Shown piece after piece: positions 37,472 to 46,896 of a stretch of 64,000 bases of DNA. Where the stretch lies: contig CAVZSV010000004.1 of assembly GCA_963778115.1 (NCBI GenBank), positions 1,856,001 through 1,920,000 on the forward strand. Direction: 5' to 3'. This DNA is from an uncultured delta proteobacterium. Its GTDB lineage: Bacteria > Bdellovibrionota > FAC87 > UBA2466. Under the pieces are notes generated by a model. That model searched no databases. It was not told the origin of the DNA and was given only the letters and a program-made list of their open reading frames with translations. The first letter of the stretch is position 1. Each line of letters opens with the position of its first letter. The translations under genes were made by a program, and so were the position numbers.

Positions 37472-38687
37472 GGCGCGCTATTTTAAGAGCCGGAAAGATT
37501 CCGGAGCCCCCCGCCACCGCAATGCAAAGAGCTAGTGTCGTCGCGATGCCGTGCCAAGGAACCGTGAACATCACGTGAAATTGCGCCGTCATGCTGGGAG
37601 GGGGAGGCATCGTAACACCGTTTTTGAGCGGAACATAGATAGCGAACACGCTAAAGACAATCCCTAAAAGACCTCCTAAGATCGACTGCAGCATTGACTC
37701 AATGAAAATCAGAGCTGCCACCTCATTTCGGTAAGTTCCAATCGCTCTTAAGGTCCCAAACTCTCCTGTGCGCTCCAGCAAACTAATCATAAAAACAGTA
37801 AGAATGCTTAAGGTAGCAACGGTAACGATGATGATTCGAAAGATCATAAATACCCCTTCGAGCCAGCCCATGGAATTGTCGAACATGTCGCCCGCAAGTT
37901 CGTACCAGTGAACTCCTTCGAGGTCCGGGAAATCTTTTTTGAGGAGATCTTTAAAAGCAGCCTTGTACTTCAATTCGTCTTCACCTGCAAAGCCCAGAAG
38001 AATTTGGGAGGGTCCCGTGGTACGCAGCAACTTCTGTGCAAGCTCTTGGTGCACGTAAAACATGGAGCCGTCTAATTCTCGAATTCCCGTTTGGAAAACG
38101 CCCACGACTTCTAGATCGGCAGCATTTAGTGATCCGCCGGCGGTACTCGTAACGACCGAAACCATATCACCTGGTTTGACTTTAAGCTGCTCGGCCAATC
38201 CCGTGGATAGAAAGATACTTTCGAGCTTACTTCCGGCCAGATGCTTGCCTTGGACCACCTGGGTCAGGGTCATAAAGCTTTTTTCCTGCTCGGCATCGAT
38301 GCCGACACCCATACCACTTAGAGATCTATCGTTGTAGTTGACGAGGCCAAAGAATTTCTGACGGCGAGAGAAGAAAATAACAGGACCCACTTTCTCTTCC
38401 AGCGCCTTTTTGATTTTGTCGGTGTCGGTGATCTGGTAGCCGAAAGGATCGTCCCCTTGATTGGTCCGGTAGCCTTTTTTGTAAATCTGGTATTGGGCAT
38501 AGACCGCTGAAATGAGATTTTGGCGAAACGTCCGTTTTACGCCGTCGATGTAAGACTGAGACAGCATCAGTGACGTCGCTGCGGCGGCAATAGCTAGCAA
38601 ACTAAAAATGGTACGGCGCGGAGCCCTCCATAGGTTCCTAAACGCGTTCATGATAAGAAATCTAGCCCAAATTAGCTTTGCGACCAT
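37437..38687 (-). CDS. ABC transporter permease (FtsX/LolCE-like)
   Basis: AFRNLWRAPRRT, periplasmic MacB-like domain, [28 protein letters not shown]. Confidence 0.9.
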   Translation of the reverse strand: MVAKLIWARFLIMNAFRNLWRAPRRTIFSLLAIAAAATSLMLSQSYIDGVKRTFRQNLISAVYAQYQIYKKGYRTNQGDDPFGYQITDTDKIKKALEEKVGPVIFFSRRQKFFGLVNYNDRSLSGMGVGIDAEQEKSFMTLTQVVQGKHLAGSKLESIFLSTGLAEQLKVKPGDMVSVVTSTAGGSLNAADLEVVGVFQTGIRELDGSMFYVHQELAQKLLRTTGPSQILLGFAGEDELKYKAAFKDLLKKDFPDLEGVHWYELAGDMFDNSMGWLEGVFMIFRIIIVTVATLSILTVFMISLLERTGEFGTLRAIGTYRNEVAALIFIESMLQSILGGLLGIVFSVFAIYVPLKNGVTMPPPPSMTAQFHVMFTVPWHGIATTLALCIAVAGGSGIFPALKIARLNIVEALGRNV

Positions 38688-38790
38688 GGAAGCCCCGTCG
38701 AATTAGTTTTCAAACTCAGCCGGTCTTAATAAGATTGTCTAAGTAAGATTATAGACTAATCCCCCTGGAGTACAGTTTCTAAGAACAGCC

Positions 38791-39330
38791 ATGCATTTAT
38801 CTCGACTTACCGCGAAACTTTTTCTTTTCGGAACAGCGGCTCTTGCCGCGGTGCTACTGGGCATTTTACTGGCCGGGGCTTTACTCCCGCGCAACCACAG
38901 GGCATCCCAAACGGGCCACTTTCAGGCGAGTCCCGAACGCATTTGGGCGGCCCTTATGGATATTGAAAATTATCCAGGATGGAGACCTGACGTCTCCTCC
39001 ATTCAAATGCGCCCTCCCGTGGACGGCAGACTCTCTTGGAAAGAGTTTGGTTGGTACGGCTCCGTGACCCTTCGAGTGGACGAGGCTTCGCCAACACGGC
39101 ATCTAGTCACTCGAGTGGTGGCTTCTCAAGTTCCGTTTACTTCGGTTTGGATCTTCACCCTGACACCCGAAGGAGACAGCGGAACGAAACTTCAATTGGA
39201 CGAGTCTAGAGAGATTCCAAACCCTCTTTACCGATTGCCGGTCAGAATCTTTCACGGGGGCCGAGCCTCGGTGGGAAGTTACTTAAATGCGCTGGGAAAG
39301 AAGTTGGGAGAGACCCCAGTAGTTGAATAG
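38791..39330 (+). CDS. SRPBCC/START-like domain protein with N-terminal TM helix
   Basis: GALLPRNH, ASPERIWAALMDIENYPGWRPDV, W.F.L.PE...T.L...E. Confidence 0.85.
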   Translation: MHLSRLTAKLFLFGTAALAAVLLGILLAGALLPRNHRASQTGHFQASPERIWAALMDIENYPGWRPDVSSIQMRPPVDGRLSWKEFGWYGSVTLRVDEASPTRHLVTRVVASQVPFTSVWIFTLTPEGDSGTKLQLDESREIPNPLYRLPVRIFHGGRASVGSYLNALGKKLGETPVVE

Positions 39331-39396
39331 TGGCAAAATGGCCCCGCGATTGCGCAAAAACGTAATGCGTTAGTAGTCAGTGAGCGTGGATTTCCT

Positions 39397-39412
39397 TGGT
39401 ATGAAACTTGCG
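39397..39412 (+). promoter_or_regulatory. Putative sigma-54 promoter
   Basis: TGGTATGAAACTTGCG = GG-N10-GC with TTGC, about 55 nt upstream of ATG 39468. Confidence 0.6.
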
Positions 39413-39467
39413 ATAGCCAGGGACAGGCTGATTCATTTCACTATCCTTTAAATTCCTGGGGGCTTTC

Positions 39468-39827
39468 ATGAGTACTCGATGGGTTACGATGCTTAGTCTA
39501 ATGTTGGCATTAAGTACTAACGTAAGTTTTGCGAGCGGTTTCTTGTGCATTGCCCAGTGCAGCCAAGTAAATCCCGCAAACGAAACGGTTACCGTGCAAG
39601 TGGTAATCAATAATCAAGTGATGGCCACGGGTGCCGATGCAGCAACCGCTTTCGCTAATCTAACCGCAAAATGCACCCAGACTCTCAATGTGGGATCGCA
39701 GACGGATGTCGCCTATACGTACAATGACGACACCACTTCGGATCTGGATGGGTATCTGGAAAATGCTTGGCTCGAAGCCAAATTTGTGCCGGCAACCGCC
39801 GACAACGCGTGCCTTTCGTTGGAGTGA
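39468..39827 (+). CDS. Small secreted Cys-containing hypothetical protein
   Basis: Signal peptide ending SFA; CIAQC...KC...NAC. Confidence 0.75.
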   Translation: MSTRWVTMLSLMLALSTNVSFASGFLCIAQCSQVNPANETVTVQVVINNQVMATGADAATAFANLTAKCTQTLNVGSQTDVAYTYNDDTTSDLDGYLENAWLEAKFVPATADNACLSLE

Positions 39828-39847
39828 GCGGGGTTACTCGATAACTT

Positions 39848-40498
39848 TTAGGTTTCAGGCTCGGTGTGGATTTCGTCGCTAAGCTCATTGATATCATCAG
39901 CAGATCGGGGGAAAGCGGTTGCTAATTCTTGACCGATTTTTTCGATGACCTCGGCAAGAACTTCCGCGGGGCGGCCCGAATGAATCCCTTTTACGATCGT
40001 ATCGACGTGGGATTGCCAATAACCTTTAGGCGTTTTGGAGTCGATCCCTTTATCGGCTAAGATCTCTATCCGGCGCTCAAGAACCGAAAGGTAGATGAGG
40101 ATTCCGGTCCGGTGTGCGGTTTCTGTCAGACCCGCCGACACAAAGCTCGCCATTACCTCTCGATGTACACTGTGATGGAGGACGGATTTTGGAATACTGG
40201 ATCGTTTGATTATTGGAACCAGAGGGAACATCGCTCCCATAACGACTCCGCTCCACTGGATCAAAAGAATCTGCCCAAGTTCCAGCGCCCATTGTGAGTG
40301 GGACCTCAAAAACAAAAGAATAAAACAGCTTCCGATCCAGCCTGCTATGCCCCAGACCAAATGGACCCAAGCGTAATCGTCACTCGAAGCTACGATAAAG
40401 GGGACGATCTCACCGCTTGTTTGGCTCTCTGCCTTTCGAACGGCAGCTTTAATGCGATCTTGCTCAGCCACAGTTAGTCGAATTCGTTTTCGTTTCAT
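39848..40498 (-). CDS. TPM (DUF477) domain membrane protein
   Basis: IKAAVRKAESQTSGEIV, T..RTGILIYLS..ERRIEILADKGI, DDINELSD; ATG 40498. Confidence 0.9.
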   Translation of the reverse strand: MKRKRIRLTVAEQDRIKAAVRKAESQTSGEIVPFIVASSDDYAWVHLVWGIAGWIGSCFILLFLRSHSQWALELGQILLIQWSGVVMGAMFPLVPIIKRSSIPKSVLHHSVHREVMASFVSAGLTETAHRTGILIYLSVLERRIEILADKGIDSKTPKGYWQSHVDTIVKGIHSGRPAEVLAEVIEKIGQELATAFPRSADDINELSDEIHTEPET

Positions 40499-40502
40499 CG
40501 CA

Positions 40503-41234
40503 TCACCATGACGACGATCCTCCGCCGCCTCCAAAACCACCGCCTCCGCCGCTAAATCCGCCACCCCCAAAACCACCGCCTCCGCCAAATCCGCCGCCTC
40601 CGCCCCAATACCCTCCGCCTCCATAGTAGCCGCGTCCCCATAGACGGGAGAGGGGAAGCATCAGAAAGAAAAATCCAAAGAGGAAAAGTAGCATCAGGGG
40701 AAAGGAAACCTTTTCGTCGTCGGTCGAAAGCCTTCCTTTGACGGGTGCTTTCAAATCGACATTTAACTTCTGGGCTATCTGCTCGACGGCAACCATAATG
40801 CCGTCGCCAAAACGACGCTCTCGAAAATAAGGGGCTAGCGTATTATCGAGAATCCTTCTGGTGTAAGCATCGGTGATATCTCCCTCTAAGCCGTAGCCGA
40901 CTTCAAGACGCATTTTGCGTTCGTTAGGAGCAATCACCAGGATCAAACCTTGATCCTGACCCTTTTTCCCCAACTTCCACTTTTCCGCGGCAGCCAGCGA
41001 AAAACTCTCGATGTCATATCCTTGCAGAGATTGCGGGAGATAGACCACAAGCTGCACCTTTCCGCTTTGGTCAAGGCGCATCAGCATGTCGGTTAGACTT
41101 TGAGCATCAGACGCGGAAAGTAAGGAAACCTCGTCGATAACAGGGCCGCTTAAGTCTGGAATTTTAGGGCCTTGAGCCCATCCCGCGACAGTCCATAACA
41201 ACAAAAAGAGGATCGTGTGAAAGGGCAGTTTCAC
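40503..41234 (-). CDS. TPM domain protein (YgcG-like) with Gly-rich tail
   Basis: VIDEVSLLS, WKLGKKGQDQG, RLEVGYGLEGDITD, GGGFSGGGGGFGGGGGSSSW. Confidence 0.92.
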   Translation of the reverse strand: MKLPFHTILFLLLWTVAGWAQGPKIPDLSGPVIDEVSLLSASDAQSLTDMLMRLDQSGKVQLVVYLPQSLQGYDIESFSLAAAEKWKLGKKGQDQGLILVIAPNERKMRLEVGYGLEGDITDAYTRRILDNTLAPYFRERRFGDGIMVAVEQIAQKLNVDLKAPVKGRLSTDDEKVSFPLMLLFLFGFFFLMLPLSRLWGRGYYGGGGYWGGGGGFGGGGGFGGGGFSGGGGGFGGGGGSSSW

Positions 41235-41864
41235 CTAGAACTCGACCTTAGGAGCCGCTTCCGATCCCGCTGTAGCTTTGAACGTTTCTCGGGGGTCAAG
41301 ATGTAAGAGATACTTAGCCGTGAGATTCGTAGGAAAACTGCGAACCGCGGTATTGAAGAGAACCACGGTATCGATGTAGCGTTTTCTTGCGACGGTAATT
41401 CGGTTCTCCGTCCCCTCCAGCTGGGACTGCAGATCTTTGAAATTATCGTTGGCTTTCAGATCGGGATATTTTTCTACCACGACCATTAAGCGAGAGAGAG
41501 CCGAGGTTAGTCCATCTTCGGCTTGCTGAGACTGGCTAAAGGCCTGCGCATTAGAAAGGTCTTTAACATTAATATTCGTTTGAGTGGCTTTCGCCCGGGC
41601 TTCGACGACCTTGGTTAGCGTTTCTTCTTCATGCTTGGCATAGCCCTTCACAGTGGCCACCAAATTGGGAATCAGATCGTGCCGGCGTTGGTACTGATTT
41701 TCGACCTCTGACCAAGCCCCTTTAACTTCTTCGTCTTGACGCTGCAGAGAGTTATATCCGCACCCGGAAAGGCCCACGAGCATTAGGCCAAGGAGGAGCA
41801 CTGCCAAAGATCGTCCAAAACGAAACTGTCCAGACCGGGAGACCGGTATTTTGTCTATTTTCAT
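41235..41864 (-). CDS. lemA: LemA family lipoprotein
   Basis: LSGCGYN, AWSEVENQYQRR.DLIPNLV, EKYPDLKAN, LEGTENRITVAR. Confidence 0.95.
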   Translation of the reverse strand: MKIDKIPVSRSGQFRFGRSLAVLLLGLMLVGLSGCGYNSLQRQDEEVKGAWSEVENQYQRRHDLIPNLVATVKGYAKHEEETLTKVVEARAKATQTNINVKDLSNAQAFSQSQQAEDGLTSALSRLMVVVEKYPDLKANDNFKDLQSQLEGTENRITVARKRYIDTVVLFNTAVRSFPTNLTAKYLLHLDPRETFKATAGSEAAPKVEF

Positions 41865-41969
41865 GGTGTGATTACTTTAGTGATCCCTATAGTCCCCGTC
41901 AAACCGATGAGGGTTTTACAGATTCGGGTTGCTCCCCCGACAAATCTACAATAAAGGTAAGGTATGTAT

Positions 41970-42065
41970 GGCTCGGCCCTGCGCGACGCATGTTCGCGAA
42001 TCCCGTCAGGTCCGGAAGGAAGCAGCGGTAGCTTACCTCTGTGGGCGACGCAGGTAACCCGAGCC
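41970..42065 (+). ncRNA. ffs: Signal recognition particle RNA (small 4.5S type)
   Basis: Conserved TCAGGTCCGGAAGGAAGCAGC domain IV; terminal helix GGCTCGG/CCGAGCC followed by a T-tract; upstream of dnaX. Confidence 0.95.
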
Positions 42066-42107
42066 TCTTTTTTTCATCCGCATTCGGAAACCGTGGTACC
42101 CGTAAGT

Positions 42108-43820
42108 ATGGCGTACTTAGCAATCGCCCGTCAGTGGCGGCCCACTCAGTTTGATGATCTCGTTGGCCAATCCCACGTCGTCCAAACGCTAAAAAACGCG
42201 ATTCGTCTCAATCGGGTCTCTCACAGCTACCTCTTTAGTGGAGCTCGTGGCATCGGAAAAACTACGGTAGCTCGAATTTTCGCCAAAGCGTTGCGATGTC
42301 CGAACGTCAAAGAAGCGACCCCCTGCAATCAATGCCCCGAATGTATCGCTATCACCGAGGGGCGATCGGTGGATGTCGTCGAAATCGATGGGGCGTCTAA
42401 CAATGGCGTCGAAGCAGTTCGGGGAATCCGTGAGAACGTCGCTTACGGTGCTTCGAGTGGAAAATATAAGATCTATATTATCGATGAAGTTCATATGTTG
42501 AGCTTGAGCGCTTTCAATGCGCTGTTGAAAACGCTCGAAGAGCCGCCCGATCACGTCGTCTTTATTTTTGCCACTACGGAAGTCCAAAAGATTCCGCTAA
42601 CTATCGTCTCCCGCTGCCAACGTTTTGAATTTCGCAGGCTCACCAATCAACAGATCGTAGGACGCCTTCAACAGATATTAGCGGCAGAAAAGATCCAGAT
42701 TTCCGATGAAGGCTTAAGCACTTTGGCTAGCCATAGCGATGGAAGCTTGCGCGATGCTCTCTCGCTACTCGATCAGGTGCTCTCCTACTATGGCCAAAAT
42801 GGAAGTTCCGATTCTTTACTGAACGAAAAGCAGGTTGTTGAAGCCCTGGGAGTTAATGACTCAAGCAGCGTACGGACTCTTTTATCGGCGGTGCTTCGGG
42901 CCGATATTCCCGCCATCATCACCCTTATCGGTGAAACCCATCTCTCAGGGGTTGATCTCAAACACTTTTCCGAACGCATCCTCGAAGAGCTGCGATTGCT
43001 CTATCTTTTGGCTTTAGGGAAAGAGAGTAAGCAAACTCTCACCGCCGAAACGCTGGACATTTCGGCGGGACAGTTCCAACAACTGGCGGAATTAGCCAAA
43101 ACCACCTCACTCGTTCAGATCGAACGCATGTCACAAATCTTGGCCAAAGCAATTTCGCAGATAGGATGGAGTTCACTTCCCCGCTATGTTTTAGAAATGG
43201 CGACAGTCAGGATGGCCAAGCTTAGCGATCTCGACAAAGTAGAAAGCGCTCTCGTTCAAGGAGTCGAGATAAAAGTTGCAGAGAAAAAGGAAATACCCCC
43301 GCCCGTAACCGCGACACCTTCACGTAAAGAATCGCCGCGGCCGGAGCCTCCGCCCCCCGACGCCGAGGAAGAAGCGATGATGGCCTCTCCCCCTCCTCCC
43401 GAACTGGAACCTTCTGGCCCCACCCGATCGGCTCCCTCTTGGAAGGGTTTTGTCGAAATGGTGCTTAAACGCAGGCCTTTATTGGGTGCTCTTTTGTCTC
43501 ACGCCAATTTCAAGCTCGATCTCGCAGAGGGAGGAGCTCAGTGGAATATTCGGCTAGCATTTCCTCCAGGAAGTTTTTACGAACGCCAAGGGGCCGATAC
43601 CAAGAACCGTTCTGAGATTGAAGAGTTTATCCGCACTTACTTCGGAACTGCCGCTAAGCTCGTGCTTTCCCAGGACCTCTCGGAAGGATCGCTCAGCCTT
43701 GCCGAAACCCGTCGGGTAGAGGAAGAGGACGCCAAACAGAAAGCAGTTTCCCATCCTACGGTCCTGCACATGAAGCAAGCCTTAGATGCAGATATCGTAG
43801 ATGTGAACGTCGAATCCTAA
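42108..43820 (+). CDS. dnaX: DNA polymerase III subunit gamma/tau
   Basis: YLAIARQWRP..F..LVGQ, GARGIGKTT, EIDGASNNGV, IDEVHMLS..AFNALLKTLEEPP, SRCQRF; start ATG 42108. Confidence 0.96.
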   Translation: MAYLAIARQWRPTQFDDLVGQSHVVQTLKNAIRLNRVSHSYLFSGARGIGKTTVARIFAKALRCPNVKEATPCNQCPECIAITEGRSVDVVEIDGASNNGVEAVRGIRENVAYGASSGKYKIYIIDEVHMLSLSAFNALLKTLEEPPDHVVFIFATTEVQKIPLTIVSRCQRFEFRRLTNQQIVGRLQQILAAEKIQISDEGLSTLASHSDGSLRDALSLLDQVLSYYGQNGSSDSLLNEKQVVEALGVNDSSSVRTLLSAVLRADIPAIITLIGETHLSGVDLKHFSERILEELRLLYLLALGKESKQTLTAETLDISAGQFQQLAELAKTTSLVQIERMSQILAKAISQIGWSSLPRYVLEMATVRMAKLSDLDKVESALVQGVEIKVAEKKEIPPPVTATPSRKESPRPEPPPPDAEEEAMMASPPPPELEPSGPTRSAPSWKGFVEMVLKRRPLLGALLSHANFKLDLAEGGAQWNIRLAFPPGSFYERQGADTKNRSEIEEFIRTYFGTAAKLVLSQDLSEGSLSLAETRRVEEEDAKQKAVSHPTVLHMKQALDADIVDVNVES

Positions 43821-43827
43821 CCCCCTG

Positions 43828-43859
43828 CCTTTCCGTACGGCCCCCGGCGTACCGAAAGG
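43828..43859 (+). other. Intercistronic stem-loop after dnaX
   Basis: CCTTTCCGTACG...CGTACCGAAAGG inverted repeat with no U-tract. Confidence 0.5.
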
Positions 43860-43920
43860 AAGTGGGTATCTTTTGAGTGGTCGCCTCGCCTTAAGAAGGA
43901 AATTGAGTTAGATTGGCCGC

Positions 43921-44259
43921 ATGAATCCCTTTAAAGGTGGCGGCCTTGCGGACATGCTGAGTCAAGCTTCTAAGATGCGCGAGGAGTTGCAACGTCTTCA
44001 AGAAGAGGCGGGTAAGAAAACGGTAGAAGCCACTGCCGGCGGAGGCATGGTAAAAGTGGTCGCGAATGGTAAGCAACAGATCGTCTCTTTAGTCATTGAG
44101 CCTGAGGTATTCCAAATGAATGACCCTCAGTTGTTGCAAGACCTGGTCAAATCAGGGGTCAACGAAGCCATCAAAGCCTCTCAAGAGATGGTTTCCGAAG
44201 AGATGAGCAAACTAGCGGGTGGCTTGGGGGCTCTCACTTCTTTATTTAAAGGAAATTAA
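43921..44259 (+). CDS. ybaB: Nucleoid-associated protein YbaB/EbfC
   Basis: VEATAGGGMVKVVANG, LLQDL; located between dnaX and recR. Confidence 0.93.
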   Translation: MNPFKGGGLADMLSQASKMREELQRLQEEAGKKTVEATAGGGMVKVVANGKQQIVSLVIEPEVFQMNDPQLLQDLVKSGVNEAIKASQEMVSEEMSKLAGGLGALTSLFKGN

Positions 44260-44262
44260 GGG

Positions 44263-44889
44263 ATGACACAAAATTCTCAAAATCCTAAAGAGCTTCGCCC
44301 CGAAACGGCTCTGGACAGGCTGATTTTTGATTTGAAGCAGTTGCCCGGCATCGGAGAAAAAACGGCAACTCGGTTGGCGCATTTCATTTTGAGACAGCCC
44401 GATTTTTTCGCTCAAAATCTAGCCGAAAGCTTACTTGCCGCACGGCAAAAACTTCATACCTGCTCTCAATGCTGTACCTTTAGCGAACAGCCGACGTGTC
44501 AGATTTGCGCTAACCCTGAGCGTTCCAGCGATGTCATTTGTGTCGTGGAAGAGCCTTCCGATATGGCAGCTTTCGAGAAAGCGCGATCCTTTGGAGGCAA
44601 GTACCATGTGCTCCATGGCGCACTGTCCCCTTTAGATGGTATCGACGAGCGGCGGCTCAAAATAAGAGAGCTGCAAGAGCGGATTCAACGCGGTGGGATT
44701 CAAGAGGTTATCTTGGCAACCAACCCCACGGTCGAAGGTGACACAACGGCGTTGTATATTGCCCGCCTCATCAAATACAATGGGCTCAAGGTCAGCCGCA
44801 TTGCTCACGGAATTCCTGTTGGTTCAGAGATCGAATATCTGGACGGCGCCACCTTGGGTAAAGCGTTGCAAAACCGAGTGACTTTATAG
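44263..44889 (+). CDS. recR: Recombination mediator RecR
   Basis: LPGIGEKTATRLA, C4 zinc finger, CVVE, YHVLHG.LSPLDGI, EVILATNPTVEG. Confidence 0.96.
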   Translation: MTQNSQNPKELRPETALDRLIFDLKQLPGIGEKTATRLAHFILRQPDFFAQNLAESLLAARQKLHTCSQCCTFSEQPTCQICANPERSSDVICVVEEPSDMAAFEKARSFGGKYHVLHGALSPLDGIDERRLKIRELQERIQRGGIQEVILATNPTVEGDTTALYIARLIKYNGLKVSRIAHGIPVGSEIEYLDGATLGKALQNRVTL

Positions 44890-44915
44890 CCCAACATTGC
44901 AGGTAACAAGACCCG

Positions 44916-45497
44916 ATGTCCTTCATCAATTACGCCGCGAAAGAGATCAACTGCAAGATCGTTTACTATGGCCCGGGACTCGGCGGGAAAACGACCAATC
45001 TGCAATATATTTACGGTCAGATCAATCCTCAGGATCGCGGAAAAATGGTGTCTCTCACCGGCGAAACGGAACGAACCCTGTTCTTTGATTTTTTACCACT
45101 CAATATCGGAGAGATCCGAGGCTTTAATACTCGCTTCCATCTCTATACCGTTCCTGGTCAGCACTTCTACGATGCCAGCCGGCGGTTGGTTCTCAAAGGA
45201 GTCGATGGCGTTGTTTTTGTAGCGGACTCTCAAGTGGAACGGATGGAAGACAATCTAGATAGCCTAAAGAGTTTAGATCTCAATCTGCGCGATCAAGGCT
45301 ATGACATGCGTACGATGCCGGTGGTTTTTCAATACAACAAGCGCGATGTCGCAAACCCCATTCCCCTTAAAGTTTTGCACGACCAACTCAACACGTTTAA
45401 CGCAGAAGAGTTTGAAGCGGTGGCCGTCAAAGGAGTCGGAGTTTTTGATACTTTGAAGGCCATCTCCAAAGGCATTTTGCGCGCGCTACGATCGTAA
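44916..45497 (+). CDS. mglA: Ras-like small GTPase MglA
   Basis: MSFINY..EINCKIVYYGPGLGGKTTNL, ERTLFFDFLP (R53), HLYTVPGQ (Q82), QYNKRD. Confidence 0.95.
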   Translation: MSFINYAAKEINCKIVYYGPGLGGKTTNLQYIYGQINPQDRGKMVSLTGETERTLFFDFLPLNIGEIRGFNTRFHLYTVPGQHFYDASRRLVLKGVDGVVFVADSQVERMEDNLDSLKSLDLNLRDQGYDMRTMPVVFQYNKRDVANPIPLKVLHDQLNTFNAEEFEAVAVKGVGVFDTLKAISKGILRALRS

Positions 45498-45512
45498 GGA
45501 GTTCCAAGTTCA

Positions 45513-46052
45513 ATGAAAAACAGAAATACTTTTGGTTATCTATTTGCCGTTGGGACTTTTTTAACTCTTTTTGCTACTCAGGCTCGAGCCGATCATATGC
45601 AAGCTGATGTAAAGCTCGCCATCAAGCGGATCGAAAAACGAGATCCCACGATCAAGAAATTTTTCGAAAGCTCTCTAGCTTACGTCGTTTTGCCTAATGT
45701 GGGGAAAGGGGGATTTATCGTCGGGGGAGCCCACGGCGACGGATTGGTTTACGAACACGGCAAGATTGTTGGAGACGCTTCGATGACCCAAGCAACGATA
45801 GGCTTACAGGCCGGCGGTGAAGAGTTTTCCGAATTTCTTTTTTTCGAAGACGCCAACGCGCTAAGCGACTTTAAATCGAGCAAATTCAATATGGCCGCTA
45901 ACGTGAGTGCTGTAATCGCCAAAGATGGAGCCGCCGGGGAAGCAAAGTACTCCGAAGGAGTGGCTGTGTTCTTACTACCCAAAGGGGGCCTTATGTTAGA
46001 AGCTTCCGTGGGCGGACAAAAATTTAGCTATACGCCCGCAGGAAAAAAATAA
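45513..46052 (+). CDS. Secreted SYLF/Ysc84-like lipid-binding domain protein
   Basis: Signal peptide; PNVGKGGFIVGGAHGDG, IGLQAGG, GLMLEASVGGQKFSY. Confidence 0.88.
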   Translation: MKNRNTFGYLFAVGTFLTLFATQARADHMQADVKLAIKRIEKRDPTIKKFFESSLAYVVLPNVGKGGFIVGGAHGDGLVYEHGKIVGDASMTQATIGLQAGGEEFSEFLFFEDANALSDFKSSKFNMAANVSAVIAKDGAAGEAKYSEGVAVFLLPKGGLMLEASVGGQKFSYTPAGKK

Positions 46053-46054
46053 CG

Positions 46055-46894
46055 ATGGCTCCACGCGTACCCTTTCTGCCTGTTGTGATTGTCCTGTTTT
46101 GGAGCAATTTAGTTCTTGCCGATACTCCATCCGTCGGATTTTTAGCTTTCGGTGATTTCGGTACGGGAGACAAAGCGCAATTCCAAGTAGCTAGGACTAT
46201 GAAAACCTATTGCGCCCATGCGCTGTGCCAGTTTGTTTTGGGTTTAGGCGACAACTTTTATCCCAGCGGAGTGACAAGCACTACCGATCCCAAATGGGAG
46301 ACTCACTTTCAAAAGCCTTACGGGCCTTTAGGTTTGAATTTCTATCCTGTCCTCGGAAATCACGATTACCAGGGCAACTCTTCGGCTGAAATTGAATACG
46401 CGAAAGTGGGAAAACACTGGCAAATGCCTGCCAATTATTTCGATTTTACCAAAGGAAAAATTCAGTTCTTTGCGATCGATACCAACCACCTCGACGATCA
46501 CCAGTTACTATGGCTAAGCCACGAGCTAAAAGGTTCCCAAGCGAAATGGAAAATTGTGTATGGCCATCATCCCATCCACTCCTACGGATACCACGGAAAC
46601 ACTCCAGAACTTGTGGAAAAACTCTTACCGATCCTAACCCAAGGGAACGTGGATTTTTATCTCTCGGGTCATGACCACGACATGCAGGTGCTAAAAGGCC
46701 CGAGCGATCTAGTGATGGTGGTAAGCGGGGCCGCGGCCCAGTCTCGCCCTTCTCACAAAGGACCAGAAACTCTTTTCAATACAGGCGGGTTAGGCTTCGC
46801 CCACTTTGTGATCGAAGACAAACAGGTATCGTTGCGTTTTATCGATAAAGCGGGGCACGAACTCTTTCATCGATTGTTTTCGAAAGCATCGTAA
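46055..46894 (+). CDS. Secreted metallophosphoesterase (purple/tartrate-resistant acid phosphatase-like)
   Basis: GDFG, GDNFY, LGNHD, GHHP, SGHDH motifs; signal peptide. Confidence 0.92.
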   Translation: MAPRVPFLPVVIVLFWSNLVLADTPSVGFLAFGDFGTGDKAQFQVARTMKTYCAHALCQFVLGLGDNFYPSGVTSTTDPKWETHFQKPYGPLGLNFYPVLGNHDYQGNSSAEIEYAKVGKHWQMPANYFDFTKGKIQFFAIDTNHLDDHQLLWLSHELKGSQAKWKIVYGHHPIHSYGYHGNTPELVEKLLPILTQGNVDFYLSGHDHDMQVLKGPSDLVMVVSGAAAQSRPSHKGPETLFNTGGLGFAHFVIEDKQVSLRFIDKAGHELFHRLFSKAS

Positions 46895-46896
46895 CG

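Noticed and set aside
41964..42107. N-terminal extension of DnaX and antisense ORF 41899-42123
   Set aside because: The region is the SRP RNA; DnaX homology begins at ATG 42108
43281..43330. Programmed -1 frameshift in dnaX
   Set aside because: The sequence is G AAA AAG rather than A AAA AAG, and no clear stimulatory hairpin follows
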